DNA of 64,000 bases from Candidatus Komeilibacteria bacterium. Lineage in GTDB: Bacteria; Patescibacteriota; Patescibacteriia; UBA1558; 2-01-FULL-52-15. Both the position numbers and the translations under genes were made by a program. Location: contig JAZDLR010000013.1 in NCBI GenBank assembly GCA_043801745.1, forward strand, positions 9,608-73,607. The letters run 5' to 3'. Shown here piece after piece: positions 28,325 to 38,468 of the stretch (its first letter is position 1; each line of letters starts with the position of its first letter). The notes beneath the pieces are model-generated. The model did no database searches and was not told where the DNA came from. It worked only from the letters and a program-made list of their open reading frames with translations.

Positions 28325-28356
28325 TCATTAGCGTTCCTTAGATTTATTAATTAATT

Positions 28357-30111
28357 ATGGTAAAAATGAAGAAAACAAGAAAACATACTTCATATACTCC
28401 CTTCCTGTTAGGGAAGCGGGTATCCGTGGTCGTGTTAACTGGTGTTCTCTTCATCAATTTGTCGCTAGTAGCACAAGTTTTGGCCAAAGGCCCGAGTGCT
28501 GCCCTGGAGGGGGTGAACGGTGATGAACAGACATCAGTAAATAACGAGCCACAAATCGATCCAGTAGTCAGTACTCCGGTGGAGACTACGCCGGTCGAGG
28601 CAATTGTGCCAACAACTGATCCTGCACCCGAAGTCATGGTGCCAGCTGTTAGACCGGTAGAACAGCCCGGTGCTTATTCAGCACCGCAATGCACCAGCGT
28701 GGCACCGGTGGCAACTATCGTTGCTGATAAGATCGTTTGTCAGCATGAGTCTAGTTTGCCGAACTGGGGAGCAGATCCCGGCGTCACAATTAATGCTAAT
28801 ACTGCTGCTAATTTTGTGCGGGACAGCAAGGGTGATTGTAGTTTGGTCCCAGGTTGGAAATTTCAGTGGTCGTTTAATGAGCTTAATCCCGGAGATCAAA
28901 TCGGAGAAGCGAGTTCGCCTTGGACAACCTTTGGGCCAACTAATGGTTCTGGTCGTGCGACGACCCCGGTGCTATTAGCGGGTAATAGCGAGATTAAGTT
29001 ACGTGAGGTTTTTCAATCAGGTTATATACCGTTTACTGGTATAGGAACTACGGCCAATGTCAGCGCGGAATTTTATTGTTATAATGATGTTTTAAATTAT
29101 GACAATTACGATTTTGTCCGCAATGCTGAGGCCGGACATACCTATTACTGTGTAGCTTGGAACGTGGCTATTCCGCAGTGTTTGTCCACTTTGGACTACA
29201 ATGATGGTCAAGGCGGTGGACCCGAGGGTTTCTTAACCCTTGGTGATGCCGTGAAATTCACCTCGCTTTATGAAGGTGCTTTAGGACATCACAAGGGTCA
29301 GGCAAAATATGATGCTACTGTTGATGTTAATGGTGATGGTAAAGTTAGCATAGCTGACTATTACTGTGCGCAACCATATTATGCTGGTGCTTACGCTGAT
29401 GTTAATGGCATCACTGCTGCGCCCCAGTGTCCCATTGACTGTTCTCGGGCCTGTGTTAATCCTTTAGACCTTAATAAGGATTACGATTTATCCCATAGCG
29501 AGGAAGATCAGTTTAACCATTATTATAATGAGGGTAATATTAAGGCCGATCTGAACGGTAATCAACGGGTTGATTATGGCGATAAGTTATGCGCCGGGGT
29601 TCAGTTTGACCATGATACTCAATATCAATGTCCGGTTAAGTGCGCCGCAGTTTGCGGTGATGGCATTGTGCAAAAAAGATTAGGCGAACAATGTGATAAT
29701 GGTACTGGACATAATACTGCAGACTGTACAGCGGGATGCAAATTGCGTCCTACGGCTCCAGCTGTAATGAGTAGCGAAGTTATTTCCGGCAGTACCAGTT
29801 CTGATGTGACGGCTCCCAGCGTGGACACCCCGTCAGAGCCGAAAGTTACGGTTGAATTACCGGTGATCAATTTTATTGGTCCCTTAGTTCAATCTGAAGC
29901 TCCGGATATTACGCCGGTTAAACCAGTTATTAAGCCAATAAAGAATGTAACTCTGAATCCGGAAACTGTATTGATTACACCCCCGGTTTTAGTGGCGGCT
30001 AATAATCTGCCGGTTAATGATCAGCTGTCAGTAGTTAATACTGCAGTAGCTAAACCAGCTAAGACCTCATCTTGGTGGGTTAAGCCGATTGCTTTCTTGT
30101 TTAGCTGGTAA
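28357..30111 (+). CDS. paralogous large secreted protein
   Basis: N-terminal domain paralogous to that of 25652..28324 (IVADKIVCQHESSLPNWG ... VFQSGYIPFTG). Dockerin-like repeats. No clear LPxTG signal. Confidence 0.65.
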   Translation: MVKMKKTRKHTSYTPFLLGKRVSVVVLTGVLFINLSLVAQVLAKGPSAALEGVNGDEQTSVNNEPQIDPVVSTPVETTPVEAIVPTTDPAPEVMVPAVRPVEQPGAYSAPQCTSVAPVATIVADKIVCQHESSLPNWGADPGVTINANTAANFVRDSKGDCSLVPGWKFQWSFNELNPGDQIGEASSPWTTFGPTNGSGRATTPVLLAGNSEIKLREVFQSGYIPFTGIGTTANVSAEFYCYNDVLNYDNYDFVRNAEAGHTYYCVAWNVAIPQCLSTLDYNDGQGGGPEGFLTLGDAVKFTSLYEGALGHHKGQAKYDATVDVNGDGKVSIADYYCAQPYYAGAYADVNGITAAPQCPIDCSRACVNPLDLNKDYDLSHSEEDQFNHYYNEGNIKADLNGNQRVDYGDKLCAGVQFDHDTQYQCPVKCAAVCGDGIVQKRLGEQCDNGTGHNTADCTAGCKLRPTAPAVMSSEVISGSTSSDVTAPSVDTPSEPKVTVELPVINFIGPLVQSEAPDITPVKPVIKPIKNVTLNPETVLITPPVLVAANNLPVNDQLSVVNTAVAKPAKTSSWWVKPIAFLFSW

Positions 30112-30190
30112 TATAGATAAAAATTAAGGAAAAGAAGGGGAGTGTTGACAAAACACTCCTTTTCTGATATATTACGGATATAACGATTTT

Positions 30191-31294
30191 ATGCACAATA
30201 ACCGGCGATTATCTACCTGGAACATTCTGAAACGGGAGCTGCAATCAGCCCAGCAGGTTTGGTGCGATTATTTCATTCCGCACGCCGGGAATAATCACAG
30301 ACCTCATATTTGGCACCGGCAGCACGTCAATCTTATTGCCGCTATTTTATTAGCGTCCAAAGTTGCTTTGGTCATTATTTTATTCTCTTTTGTTCCTAAT
30401 GGTGCTGAATTGTCACCCCAGGTAGAGCAATCAATGGTCGATCTGTCTAACCAATACCGTCTACAACTCAAAGAATCAACTTTAAGTCGTAACAGCTACC
30501 TGGATTCAGTGGCCTTACTGCGCGCTAATGACATGATTGCCAGAAATTATTTTAGTCACTACACGCCCGATGGCCGTAAACCCTGGGAATGGGTAGACAC
30601 CAAACAGTATAATTACAGCCGCTTTGGTGAAAATTTAGCTATGGATTTTATTACAGCCGAGGCGGTTTTCAAAGCTTTTCTGGCAAGTCCGACGCACGAG
30701 AAGAATTTACACAATGCCAATTACCGCGATATCGGTGTGGCTACGGTTAGTGGTGTCTTGGATGGAAAAGAAACTAATTTGATGGTAGTTCTCTTTGGTG
30801 CGCAGCAACCCAAGTCCGCTCCAGTCTTAGCAGACAATAAGCCAGCTCAGCCAGTGACTCAACCGATAACAGTTCCTGTTGTTAAGCCAACACCGATACC
30901 CACACCAAAACCAGTGCCCGTAACGGTCAATGAACCAGACCGCATTGCTGCGCCTCAAGATTTGGTCACAGCCAATCCTATTATTGTCCAGCCGACAGAA
31001 GTTAAGGGTGTGTCAGCTGAAACGCAGCCGATTCCCGTGACGCCTACGGTTATCAAGAATGCTACTTGGCTGCAACAGTTAGTATCTTACTCCCACGATA
31101 TTTATTTCCTTTTGCTGATCGCCTTTTTAGTCATAGCTTTGCTCAATATTTTGGTGGCTATACGCGTTCAACACCGGTCAACTATTTTGGCCAGCTTTCT
31201 TTTGATCGCTCTAGCCGGTTATCTCTGGCTGGTTAATTGGAACGGAATTGAAGGTTGGACTAGCGGAATCAAAGTTTTAGGTTTATTTTTCTAA
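30191..31294 (+). CDS. CAP/SCP/PR1-like domain membrane protein
   Basis: CAP-domain signature region (NYFSHYTPDGRKPWEW ... FLASPTHEKNLHNANYRDIGVA) between N- and C-terminal TM segments. Confidence 0.55.
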   Translation: MHNNRRLSTWNILKRELQSAQQVWCDYFIPHAGNNHRPHIWHRQHVNLIAAILLASKVALVIILFSFVPNGAELSPQVEQSMVDLSNQYRLQLKESTLSRNSYLDSVALLRANDMIARNYFSHYTPDGRKPWEWVDTKQYNYSRFGENLAMDFITAEAVFKAFLASPTHEKNLHNANYRDIGVATVSGVLDGKETNLMVVLFGAQQPKSAPVLADNKPAQPVTQPITVPVVKPTPIPTPKPVPVTVNEPDRIAAPQDLVTANPIIVQPTEVKGVSAETQPIPVTPTVIKNATWLQQLVSYSHDIYFLLLIAFLVIALLNILVAIRVQHRSTILASFLLIALAGYLWLVNWNGIEGWTSGIKVLGLFF

Positions 31295-31352
31295 GTTTTT
31301 TTGTCAGATAAATCATTAAACGCGTCTTTGGTGCGTTTTTTTGTTATTAACC

Positions 31353-31735
31353 AGATAAACCACCCCGCCTTGGCGGGGTGTGTGCGTTTTAAGGCTTTGC
31401 CCTCGGTATACGAACAGGAGAGAAAGAAACAAATAAACTTTTCTACTCCTAGGATCAATAATCAGCCAACTTGTCCTACCTTCGGTTATAGCTATTCATT
31501 GCGGTGTTCCCCTCGCCGGGGAGGCATTACTTTTGTGACCAAAAGTAATCAAAAGTCTTGGGGTCGCCTAGACTCGCCCTCGGTCTATTAATCTTTAGTT
31601 TTTCTTTTCTTGGGCTCAAACAAGTAGGCGACCCCAAACCCCAAGAGTGATTTGGATAGCCGCATTATTCTATTTTCTGAAGCTGCCGTAGGCAGCGAGA
31701 ACAGAAACCCCCAGAGTTAGTGCTGGGGTATGTTC
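31353..31735 (+). ncRNA. copy 1 of a ~400-nt structured intergenic element (candidate novel ncRNA)
   Basis: Opens with hairpin CACCCCGCC-tt-GGCGGGGTG. Contains H3 ATTACTTTTG/CAAAAGTAAT, long-range helix GGGGTCGCC/GGCGACCCC, H4 GCTGCCgtaGGCAGC, and H5 CCCCAG...CTGGGG, plus conserved AGAACAGAAACC. Pairs with copy 2 through compensatory changes. Confidence 0.4.
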
Positions 31736-31774
31736 ATCTCGGTCCGGTTCAATAATTAGTGATATACTATAAGT

Positions 31775-33043
31775 ATGACAATTACCTCTCTGTCCATCGA
31801 TTCCTATAAAAGCATTATCCGGCCGTTGCGTTTAACCTTGTCGCCTCAGATTAATATTTTTATTGGTCAGAATAATAGTGGTAAAACTAATATTATTGAT
31901 GCTATTGATTTTGTTTTTAATCCCGACAAGTTTCCGAGCCGGCTGCACCATCATCGGGCACGCATTGCTATTCAGTTGGAAGATCGTCGGGAATTACTGA
32001 CGGCCCGCGGTTATGAAGTCAGCGGTTTAACGGCTGACTTGCGGGGTAAGGTCAAGCGCTTATCAGCGGATGAGCCATGGGATTTTGGTTCTATTAGCCA
32101 AGATTATCAGCGTCTTTTTAAGCTCTATCCGCAGCAGTACCAGGTTTTAAATGAGATATTCTCTAGCTATTTTCCTCATGTCGCCGGTGATGACCGGGTA
32201 ATTGATCTTGATTGGCAAGCTGGTCATGCTTTTATTCATGAGGATGATAAACCTCTGGTTTTAGAGCGGCTGGGTAGCGGTTTTCAGAAAATTTTTATTA
32301 TTTTGCTATACGCTTTTCATCCCGATTATCCAATTATACTTTTGGATGAACCAGAAACCCATCTTCATCCGGCGTTAATCAAGAAACTGGCCAAGGTTTT
32401 AGCCAGTAAGTCGACAAATCAAGTTATTTTAACCACGCATTCCCCTTTATTTATCCAAACACCATGGTTGTCAACCATCAATCGCGTGGTGCGGTCTTGG
32501 GATGAGGGTACGGTGGTTTATCATTTAGACCATACTCATCGGGGTTTGGATCCGGCACGGTTAGCCCAGGAATTGAACGCAGATAATTTGGAAATGTTTT
32601 TTGCTGACAAAGTCCTGATGGTGGAGGGTGCTTCTGATCGTTTGCTGCTGCGTGGTTTGATTGACCGTTTTTACCATGGTCCGTTGGAAGTTAAGGTGAT
32701 TGAGGCTCATGGTAAGGGCAATATGGAACTCTACCGCGATTTATTGGAGGCTTTCCATATCCCGAGTATTATTATGTTGGATTTAGACGCTTTGTCGGTT
32801 TGGCAAGCAGCAGATCGGCACTGGCGTCAAGATCCGGCCCGTTTGAAGCTGGCCTTGCAGGAATTGCGGCAGCGCGGTATATACATTCTACCCAATGGCA
32901 CAATTGAGCATAATTATCCCCGGCGTTATCAAAAAAGTGACCGTAAAACCTTGAATGCTCTGCGGGCCGCGGCGCAAATCAGTTTGTCCGAATATCAATC
33001 AGGCGAAATGGCTAATTTGCGGCAGGTAATCGAAGCCTTATAA
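31775..33043 (+). CDS. OLD-family ATP-dependent nuclease (ABC-type ATPase + TOPRIM)
   Basis: Walker A GQNNSGKTN, ABC signature LGSGFQ, Walker B ILLLDEPETHLHP, H-loop TTHSP. C-terminal TOPRIM-like motifs (MVEGASD, IIMLDLD). Confidence 0.6.
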   Translation: MTITSLSIDSYKSIIRPLRLTLSPQINIFIGQNNSGKTNIIDAIDFVFNPDKFPSRLHHHRARIAIQLEDRRELLTARGYEVSGLTADLRGKVKRLSADEPWDFGSISQDYQRLFKLYPQQYQVLNEIFSSYFPHVAGDDRVIDLDWQAGHAFIHEDDKPLVLERLGSGFQKIFIILLYAFHPDYPIILLDEPETHLHPALIKKLAKVLASKSTNQVILTTHSPLFIQTPWLSTINRVVRSWDEGTVVYHLDHTHRGLDPARLAQELNADNLEMFFADKVLMVEGASDRLLLRGLIDRFYHGPLEVKVIEAHGKGNMELYRDLLEAFHIPSIIMLDLDALSVWQAADRHWRQDPARLKLALQELRQRGIYILPNGTIEHNYPRRYQKSDRKTLNALRAAAQISLSEYQSGEMANLRQVIEAL

Positions 33044-33064
33044 ATATGGTATAATAGTGACACT

Positions 33065-34006
33065 ATGTCCCTTTGGTTAAGCGTAGTTTTGGTGTCATAT
33101 TTTATTTTAGCTATCAGTACCCTGGTAGATAAGTTTTTTTTATCCAAGGTTTTAAGTAGCAGCAGTTTTTATGTTCTCTGGGTCAGTATTTTGAGTTTAT
33201 CGGCTTTTCTGGTCATTCCCTTTCCTAGTTTGCTGCGTTGGATGAAAGTTCCGGCTCAAGACTTATCTTGGATCGGTGGCTATTGGTTGTTGATTGCCTT
33301 GATTACTGGTGCAGTGTTCACTCTGGCCCTGTATCTGTTATATTCCGCTTTGCAGAAGGGCGAGGCCTCGCGCGTAGTCCCGTTGGTGGGTGGGGGAATG
33401 CCGGTCATCATTTTTATCGTTTCCTATATTTTAAAAGTGGAAATTTTTACCGGACATAAATTAATAGCTTTTATTTTCTTGCTGGCTGGCAGTATTATTA
33501 TTACTGTTATGCCCAGCAAGAAGAGATTTTTTCAGCTGGACCAAGGTTTGTGGTGGGCGGTAGGCGCCAGTTTGTCGTTTGCGGCTTTTTTCTTGCTGAC
33601 CAAATATATGTTTTGGCAGCACAGCTTTATTGACGGTATTGTTTGGCCCCGTCTCGGTACCTTGGTGGTGATTGTTGTGATGATGTTCTGGCAGATTAAC
33701 CGGCAGCATTTAGCCCATCCTTTTAATAAAGTAGGTTGGCATCTGCGCCTGGGTCTGATTGCTAATCAGGGTTTAGCCGCTTTAGGCTTCTTGGGCCAAA
33801 ATTACGCCATTAAATTGGGCGGCAGTTTATCATTAATCTCCGCGCTTCAGGGTCTGCAATACGTTTTTATTTTAATTTTTGCCGCTCTGGTTAGTTGGCG
33901 TTTCCCCAAGCTTTTTACGGAAGAAGTATCAACTAATATTATTATTCAGAAAGTAATCGCTCTAATCCTCATTGTTATCGGTTTGTATTATAGCGCGGTG
34001 ATCTAA
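33065..34006 (+). CDS. polytopic membrane protein (about 10 TM; EamA/DMT-like)
   Basis: Highly hydrophobic 313-aa ORF. Confidence 0.5.
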   Translation: MSLWLSVVLVSYFILAISTLVDKFFLSKVLSSSSFYVLWVSILSLSAFLVIPFPSLLRWMKVPAQDLSWIGGYWLLIALITGAVFTLALYLLYSALQKGEASRVVPLVGGGMPVIIFIVSYILKVEIFTGHKLIAFIFLLAGSIIITVMPSKKRFFQLDQGLWWAVGASLSFAAFFLLTKYMFWQHSFIDGIVWPRLGTLVVIVVMMFWQINRQHLAHPFNKVGWHLRLGLIANQGLAALGFLGQNYAIKLGGSLSLISALQGLQYVFILIFAALVSWRFPKLFTEEVSTNIIIQKVIALILIVIGLYYSAVI

Positions 34007-35031
34007 TGAAACGCTTAATCAGAATAATCCGTCCGGAATATATAGGCGCGGCCGTTATTGTCGTTTTGGTGGCCCTGCTGGTTTTTATTAAGTTTGACCG
34101 TCATTATTTAGTTTTACAGAGTCATAAGGTTCCGGCTAATTTTTGGGGCATCACGTATTCTAAGAAATATGCCCAAAGTTTAGATTTGGATTGGCGGGAG
34201 GCCTATGTGGCTTTGTTGGATGATGTGGGTGTCAAGAAGATCCGCTTGCCGGTATATTGGGATGACGTGGCGCCGCAAAGTAATGAATTACGGTTTAACG
34301 ATTATGACTGGCTGATTGAAGAAGCGGCTAAGCGCGACGCTCAAGTGATAGTGGCGCTAGGTAGCCGCTTACCTCGCTGGCCAGAATGTCATTTACCGGC
34401 CTGGGCCAGTAAGCAAACAGTTACTGAACGTCAGTCCAGTGAGCTGGCTTATATCCGCAGCGCCATTGTTCATTTTCAGCGCTATAAAAATATTTCGGCC
34501 TGGCAGATTCAGAATGAATACTATGTTACCTGGTTTGGCGAATGTGATAAAGGCGCTGGCCACATTTTGCAGGAACAAATTGATTTGGTCCGTTCTTTGG
34601 ATCAGAGGCCGATTGTCTTGACCGACAGCGGTGAATTTAGTTTATGGCGCCAAGTCAGCAAGCAGGCTGATTATGTTGGTACTACGATGTACCGCGTGGC
34701 CTGGAATAAATATTTGGGTTACAGCTACGGTCCCTGGCCGGCCTGGTTATATCAATTTAAAGCCGCACTAAACGGTTTGTCTCGTTCCCGGGTTTTTGTC
34801 GCGGAATTACAAGCTGAACCTTGGCCACCGGCTTGGCGTGATATTCGGTCTCTGACTACTAGAGAAATTAACGCTTCTTTTACTTTACGGCAGTTTACTA
34901 CTAATGCTGAATTGGCCCGCCGCACTGGATTTAGCCAGGCTTATTTCTGGGGAGCGGAGTGGTGGTACTGGCTACGTCTGCAGGGTGACGACCGTTATTG
35001 GCGTTTAGCTCAAGAGTTATTTAAGCCATGA
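34006..35031 (+). CDS. membrane-anchored glycoside hydrolase (GH5/GH113-like TIM barrel)
   Basis: N-terminal TM. Motifs IRLPVYWDDV and IQNEYYVTW (candidate catalytic NE) typical of clan GH-A. Confidence 0.5.
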   Translation: MKRLIRIIRPEYIGAAVIVVLVALLVFIKFDRHYLVLQSHKVPANFWGITYSKKYAQSLDLDWREAYVALLDDVGVKKIRLPVYWDDVAPQSNELRFNDYDWLIEEAAKRDAQVIVALGSRLPRWPECHLPAWASKQTVTERQSSELAYIRSAIVHFQRYKNISAWQIQNEYYVTWFGECDKGAGHILQEQIDLVRSLDQRPIVLTDSGEFSLWRQVSKQADYVGTTMYRVAWNKYLGYSYGPWPAWLYQFKAALNGLSRSRVFVAELQAEPWPPAWRDIRSLTTREINASFTLRQFTTNAELARRTGFSQAYFWGAEWWYWLRLQGDDRYWRLAQELFKP

Positions 35032-35456
35032 AATCAGGGATTGGCCGCCGGATAGTATTGGTTGTTGGCGGGATTATTTTTTTGACCGTTGTCGTTGTTG
35101 CTGTTTGGACCGGTTTAACGCAGCACTCCAGACAGCAGACAAAAGTTATAAGGCTGGAGTTGCAACAAATTCAGACCGCCTTGCGCGATTATTTCCGCGA
35201 TCACCCAGGGGCTGACGCGGCATGGCCAGCATTTTTTGTGGCTGGTCAGGGCCCAAAGACAGTCTGGTGTGCCTCCCAACAAACTGAAGCAGTGGTTTGG
35301 AATTTACCGGAAACTATAAAAGACTACTTATACCAGTTTCCAGTTGATCCCAGTAAAGAAGTTAAAGGTGTTAGCCTCTATTTCTATCAACATGATGACA
35401 GCGGGCGCCGTTTAGGCAGCTGTACTGAAGCGGCAGATTTTTTTCTGACGCTGTAA
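35028..35456 (+). CDS. membrane-anchored hypothetical protein
   Basis: 142 aa with an N-terminal TM. Translationally coupled to the preceding gene. Confidence 0.45.
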   Translation: MKSGIGRRIVLVVGGIIFLTVVVVAVWTGLTQHSRQQTKVIRLELQQIQTALRDYFRDHPGADAAWPAFFVAGQGPKTVWCASQQTEAVVWNLPETIKDYLYQFPVDPSKEVKGVSLYFYQHDDSGRRLGSCTEAADFFLTL

Positions 35457-35573
35457 TTGTCAGACGGACAAAAAATTAGTATAATAAGGTCAGTGTAATA
35501 TATTGTTTGTAAACTCAAACTTAGCGTTATATTGGCCATTTTTTAAAATCAAGACCGATACCAAATTTAAAGC

Positions 35574-37253
35574 ATGATTTCTGATCAGCAAGTAGCCGAT
35601 TTAATGGTTAATTCGGGACTTTTAGACGCTGAAACGGTTAAAGCGTCTCAAGTCACCGCCACCAGTAAGCAGAAGAGCTTAGTGGATATTGTTTTAGATA
35701 AAAATTTGGTTAAGGCTAGTCAGTTAGGCGCGGCGATTGCCACTATTTATAAATGTCCGTTTGTGGAAATCTCCCGCGAGCAAATTAATGAGGAGGTGTT
35801 GCGTCTTTTGCCGGAATTAGTGGCTATTAAGCAGCAGGCCATTGTTTTCGGCCGTGACGCCACTGGTCTGAAGTTAGCCATGGTGGATCCTAGTAATTTC
35901 ACCGTGGTTAATCTATTGCGTAAGAAAACCGGTGAGCCGATCAGCATTTATTTTACTTTACCGTCTTTGCTCAAGGAGGCGCTAGGTCAATACCGCCGGA
36001 GTATCCGTGATGAGTTTGAAGAAATCATTAAGGCTAATCTATCTAAGGTCAAAAGCGCACAGCCGGAAGATTTATCTATTATTAAAATTGTGGATAATCT
36101 CATTGCTTATGCTCATCATAATGATGCTTCCGATATTCATATTGAGCCGCAAAAGACCACAGTTATTATCCGTTTCCGCATTGACGGTATTCTACACGAT
36201 GTTCTTAATTTTCCTCTGGATATTCATGAATTAGTAGTGGCGCGCGTCAAGATCTTGAGCCGCTTGCGCATTGACGAGCATCGTAGCGCTCAAGATGGCA
36301 AAATTGCCATGGAAATTCGCGGCGAACCCCTAGATGTGCGCGTTTCTATTCTGCCGACAGTTCATGGCGAGAAAGTAGTGATGCGTTTATTATCAGCGGC
36401 TAACAAGCATTTTAGTCTGGAAGAGTTGGGTCTGGGTGATAAGGATTTGGTGTTGGTTAAAGATGCCGCCAACCGGCCGCATGGCATGATTCTAGCCACC
36501 GGTCCTACCGGTAGCGGAAAATCCACCACCTTGTACGCTTTGGTGCAATTAATCAACAGCCGTGAGATTAATATTTCCACCATTGAAGATCCGGTGGAAT
36601 ATGATATTCCCGGAGTTAATCAGATTCAGGTTGACCCCAAGACTAATTTGACTTTTGCTTCCGGCTTACGCTCGTTATTGCGGCAAGACCCGGACGTCAT
36701 TATGGTCGGTGAAATTCGGGATGAAGAAACAGCCAGTATTGCGGTTAATTCCGCTATGACGGGTCATTTAGTTTTATCAACTTTACATACCAATGATGCG
36801 GCCACCACCCTGCCGCGGTTAATTGAAATGAAAGTTGAGCCTTTTCTGATAGCTTCCACGGTGCATATTATTATTGCCCAACGTTTAGTCCGGCGGGTTT
36901 GTCCGCATTGTATAGCCAGCTATAATTTGTCAGCAGCGCAAAAACAAGAATTGTTGGGCTATCCGCAAATTAAGCCTGAGTTGCCAACTGATCCTAATGT
37001 TGAGATCCGCCTTTATCGGGGCAATGGCTGCAATCAATGCGGTCATACCGGTTTCAAAGGCAGAATTGGTTTATTTGAAGTCATGCTCATTGACGACACT
37101 ATACGGGAAATGATTATGAAGCGGACTAATGCCGATGAAATTAAAAACGCGGCCCTGCAACGCGGCATGGTTACCATGTTACAGGACGGCTGGCATAAGG
37201 CCGTGGCCGGGAAAACTACCATTGAAGAAGTTTTGCGGGCCACCTCAGAATAA
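35574..37253 (+). CDS. pilB: type IV pilus assembly ATPase PilB/GspE
   Basis: T2SSE_N domain, Walker A GPTGSGKSTT, Asp/His boxes, and a tetracysteine motif (CPHC ... CNQCGHTG). Confidence 0.9.
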   Translation: MISDQQVADLMVNSGLLDAETVKASQVTATSKQKSLVDIVLDKNLVKASQLGAAIATIYKCPFVEISREQINEEVLRLLPELVAIKQQAIVFGRDATGLKLAMVDPSNFTVVNLLRKKTGEPISIYFTLPSLLKEALGQYRRSIRDEFEEIIKANLSKVKSAQPEDLSIIKIVDNLIAYAHHNDASDIHIEPQKTTVIIRFRIDGILHDVLNFPLDIHELVVARVKILSRLRIDEHRSAQDGKIAMEIRGEPLDVRVSILPTVHGEKVVMRLLSAANKHFSLEELGLGDKDLVLVKDAANRPHGMILATGPTGSGKSTTLYALVQLINSREINISTIEDPVEYDIPGVNQIQVDPKTNLTFASGLRSLLRQDPDVIMVGEIRDEETASIAVNSAMTGHLVLSTLHTNDAATTLPRLIEMKVEPFLIASTVHIIIAQRLVRRVCPHCIASYNLSAAQKQELLGYPQIKPELPTDPNVEIRLYRGNGCNQCGHTGFKGRIGLFEVMLIDDTIREMIMKRTNADEIKNAALQRGMVTMLQDGWHKAVAGKTTIEEVLRATSE

Positions 37254-37256
37254 TTT

Positions 37257-38468
37257 ATGAATTTTCATTACAAAGCTTACGACAAAAATAATAAGTTAGT
37301 GGAGGCCGATCTGCAAGCAGCGGATCAGACCCAGGCTCAAGTATTTCTGACCCAACAAGGGTTGGAAGTCTTGTCTTTGCAGGAGGTCATTGTTAAACCG
37401 GTGGTTCGGTCCGCTGGCGGCTGGAATTTTGGCTTGGTGTCCTTAGATCAGAAGATGCTTTTTACTAAACATCTGTCATTGATGTTAAAATCCGGCATGC
37501 CGGTTAACGAGGCTATAGCGACTTTAGTTAAGGACAATAAGGGTCATTTTAGATGGGTCTTGCGGAAAATTCTCAGCTCCATTGAGGGCGGTAATCATCT
37601 GACTGATAGTCTGGCTCTTTTTCCTCAAGTATTTGATGGATTTTATCTTAATATGGTCAAGATTGGCGAGGAGAGCGGCACCTTGGAGCGGAGCTTGGTA
37701 AATTTAGCCGATCATTTGAAAAAGACTCATGACTTACGTAATAAAATCCAGGCCGCCTTACTTTATCCGATTATTATTTTAACAGCTATGACCGGACTGG
37801 GATTTAGCTTGTCAATATTTGTTTTACCTAAATTGGCCGGATTATTTTCTTCTTTGGGCTCGGAATTACCCTGGTCAACCAGAGCCCTGATCACGACCTC
37901 GCAATTTATTAGTAATCATTGGCAGTCAATTATTGCCTGGTTTGTCTGTGCTTTGATAGCTATCTTTATTTTGCGGCGTTTACGGCCGGTGAAAAGAATT
38001 TTTCATGCCATAGCTTTACATAGTCCGATTGTAGCCAAGTTTAGCCGGACCATGAATGTCGCCTCTTTTTCCCGTAGTGTGGGGTTATTATTGACCAGTG
38101 GCATAACGTTAGATAAGGCCTTGGAAATTGTCGGCGGAAATATTTATAATGTCTATTATCAGGATGATATCAACTTTTTTCTGGAGCAGGTGAAACGCGG
38201 CGAATCTATGGGCGAGGTGATGAAATCACGGACCAGCCGGTTTCCTTTGATTGTTTCGCATATGATCAAAGTCGGTGAGCAGTCGGGTAATCTGGCGGAA
38301 ACTTTTGATTATTTGGCCAATTTTTATGAAGATGATCTGGATAATATATCTAAAAATTTATCCGGTGTTCTGGAACCAATATTATTAATTGTCATGGGAG
38401 CGGCCGTGGGATTTATCGCCTTTTCCGTTATTACGCCTATTTATGATTTCACCACCAGTGTTGGTTAA
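37257..38468 (+). CDS. pilC: type IV pilus platform protein PilC/GspF
   Basis: Two GspF repeats with 3 TM segments. Follows pilB. Confidence 0.85.
   Translation: MNFHYKAYDKNNKLVEADLQAADQTQAQVFLTQQGLEVLSLQEVIVKPVVRSAGGWNFGLVSLDQKMLFTKHLSLMLKSGMPVNEAIATLVKDNKGHFRWVLRKILSSIEGGNHLTDSLALFPQVFDGFYLNMVKIGEESGTLERSLVNLADHLKKTHDLRNKIQAALLYPIIILTAMTGLGFSLSIFVLPKLAGLFSSLGSELPWSTRALITTSQFISNHWQSIIAWFVCALIAIFILRRLRPVKRIFHAIALHSPIVAKFSRTMNVASFSRSVGLLLTSGITLDKALEIVGGNIYNVYYQDDINFFLEQVKRGESMGEVMKSRTSRFPLIVSHMIKVGEQSGNLAETFDYLANFYEDDLDNISKNLSGVLEPILLIVMGAAVGFIAFSVITPIYDFTTSVG

Noticed and set aside
31301-31591. 96-aa ORF inside element copy 1
   Set aside because: It lies wholly within the covarying structured element. 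It has no SD sequence or conserved reading frame in copy 2. It is treated as non-coding.
31353-31735. Element as RNase P RNA, tmRNA, SRP RNA or group II intron fragment
   Set aside because: No GGAAAGUCC/ACAGAANCCGGCUUA P4 pair, no tRNA-like 3' end, no SRP domain IV motif, no domain V consensus. The ACAGAAAC word alone is insufficient.
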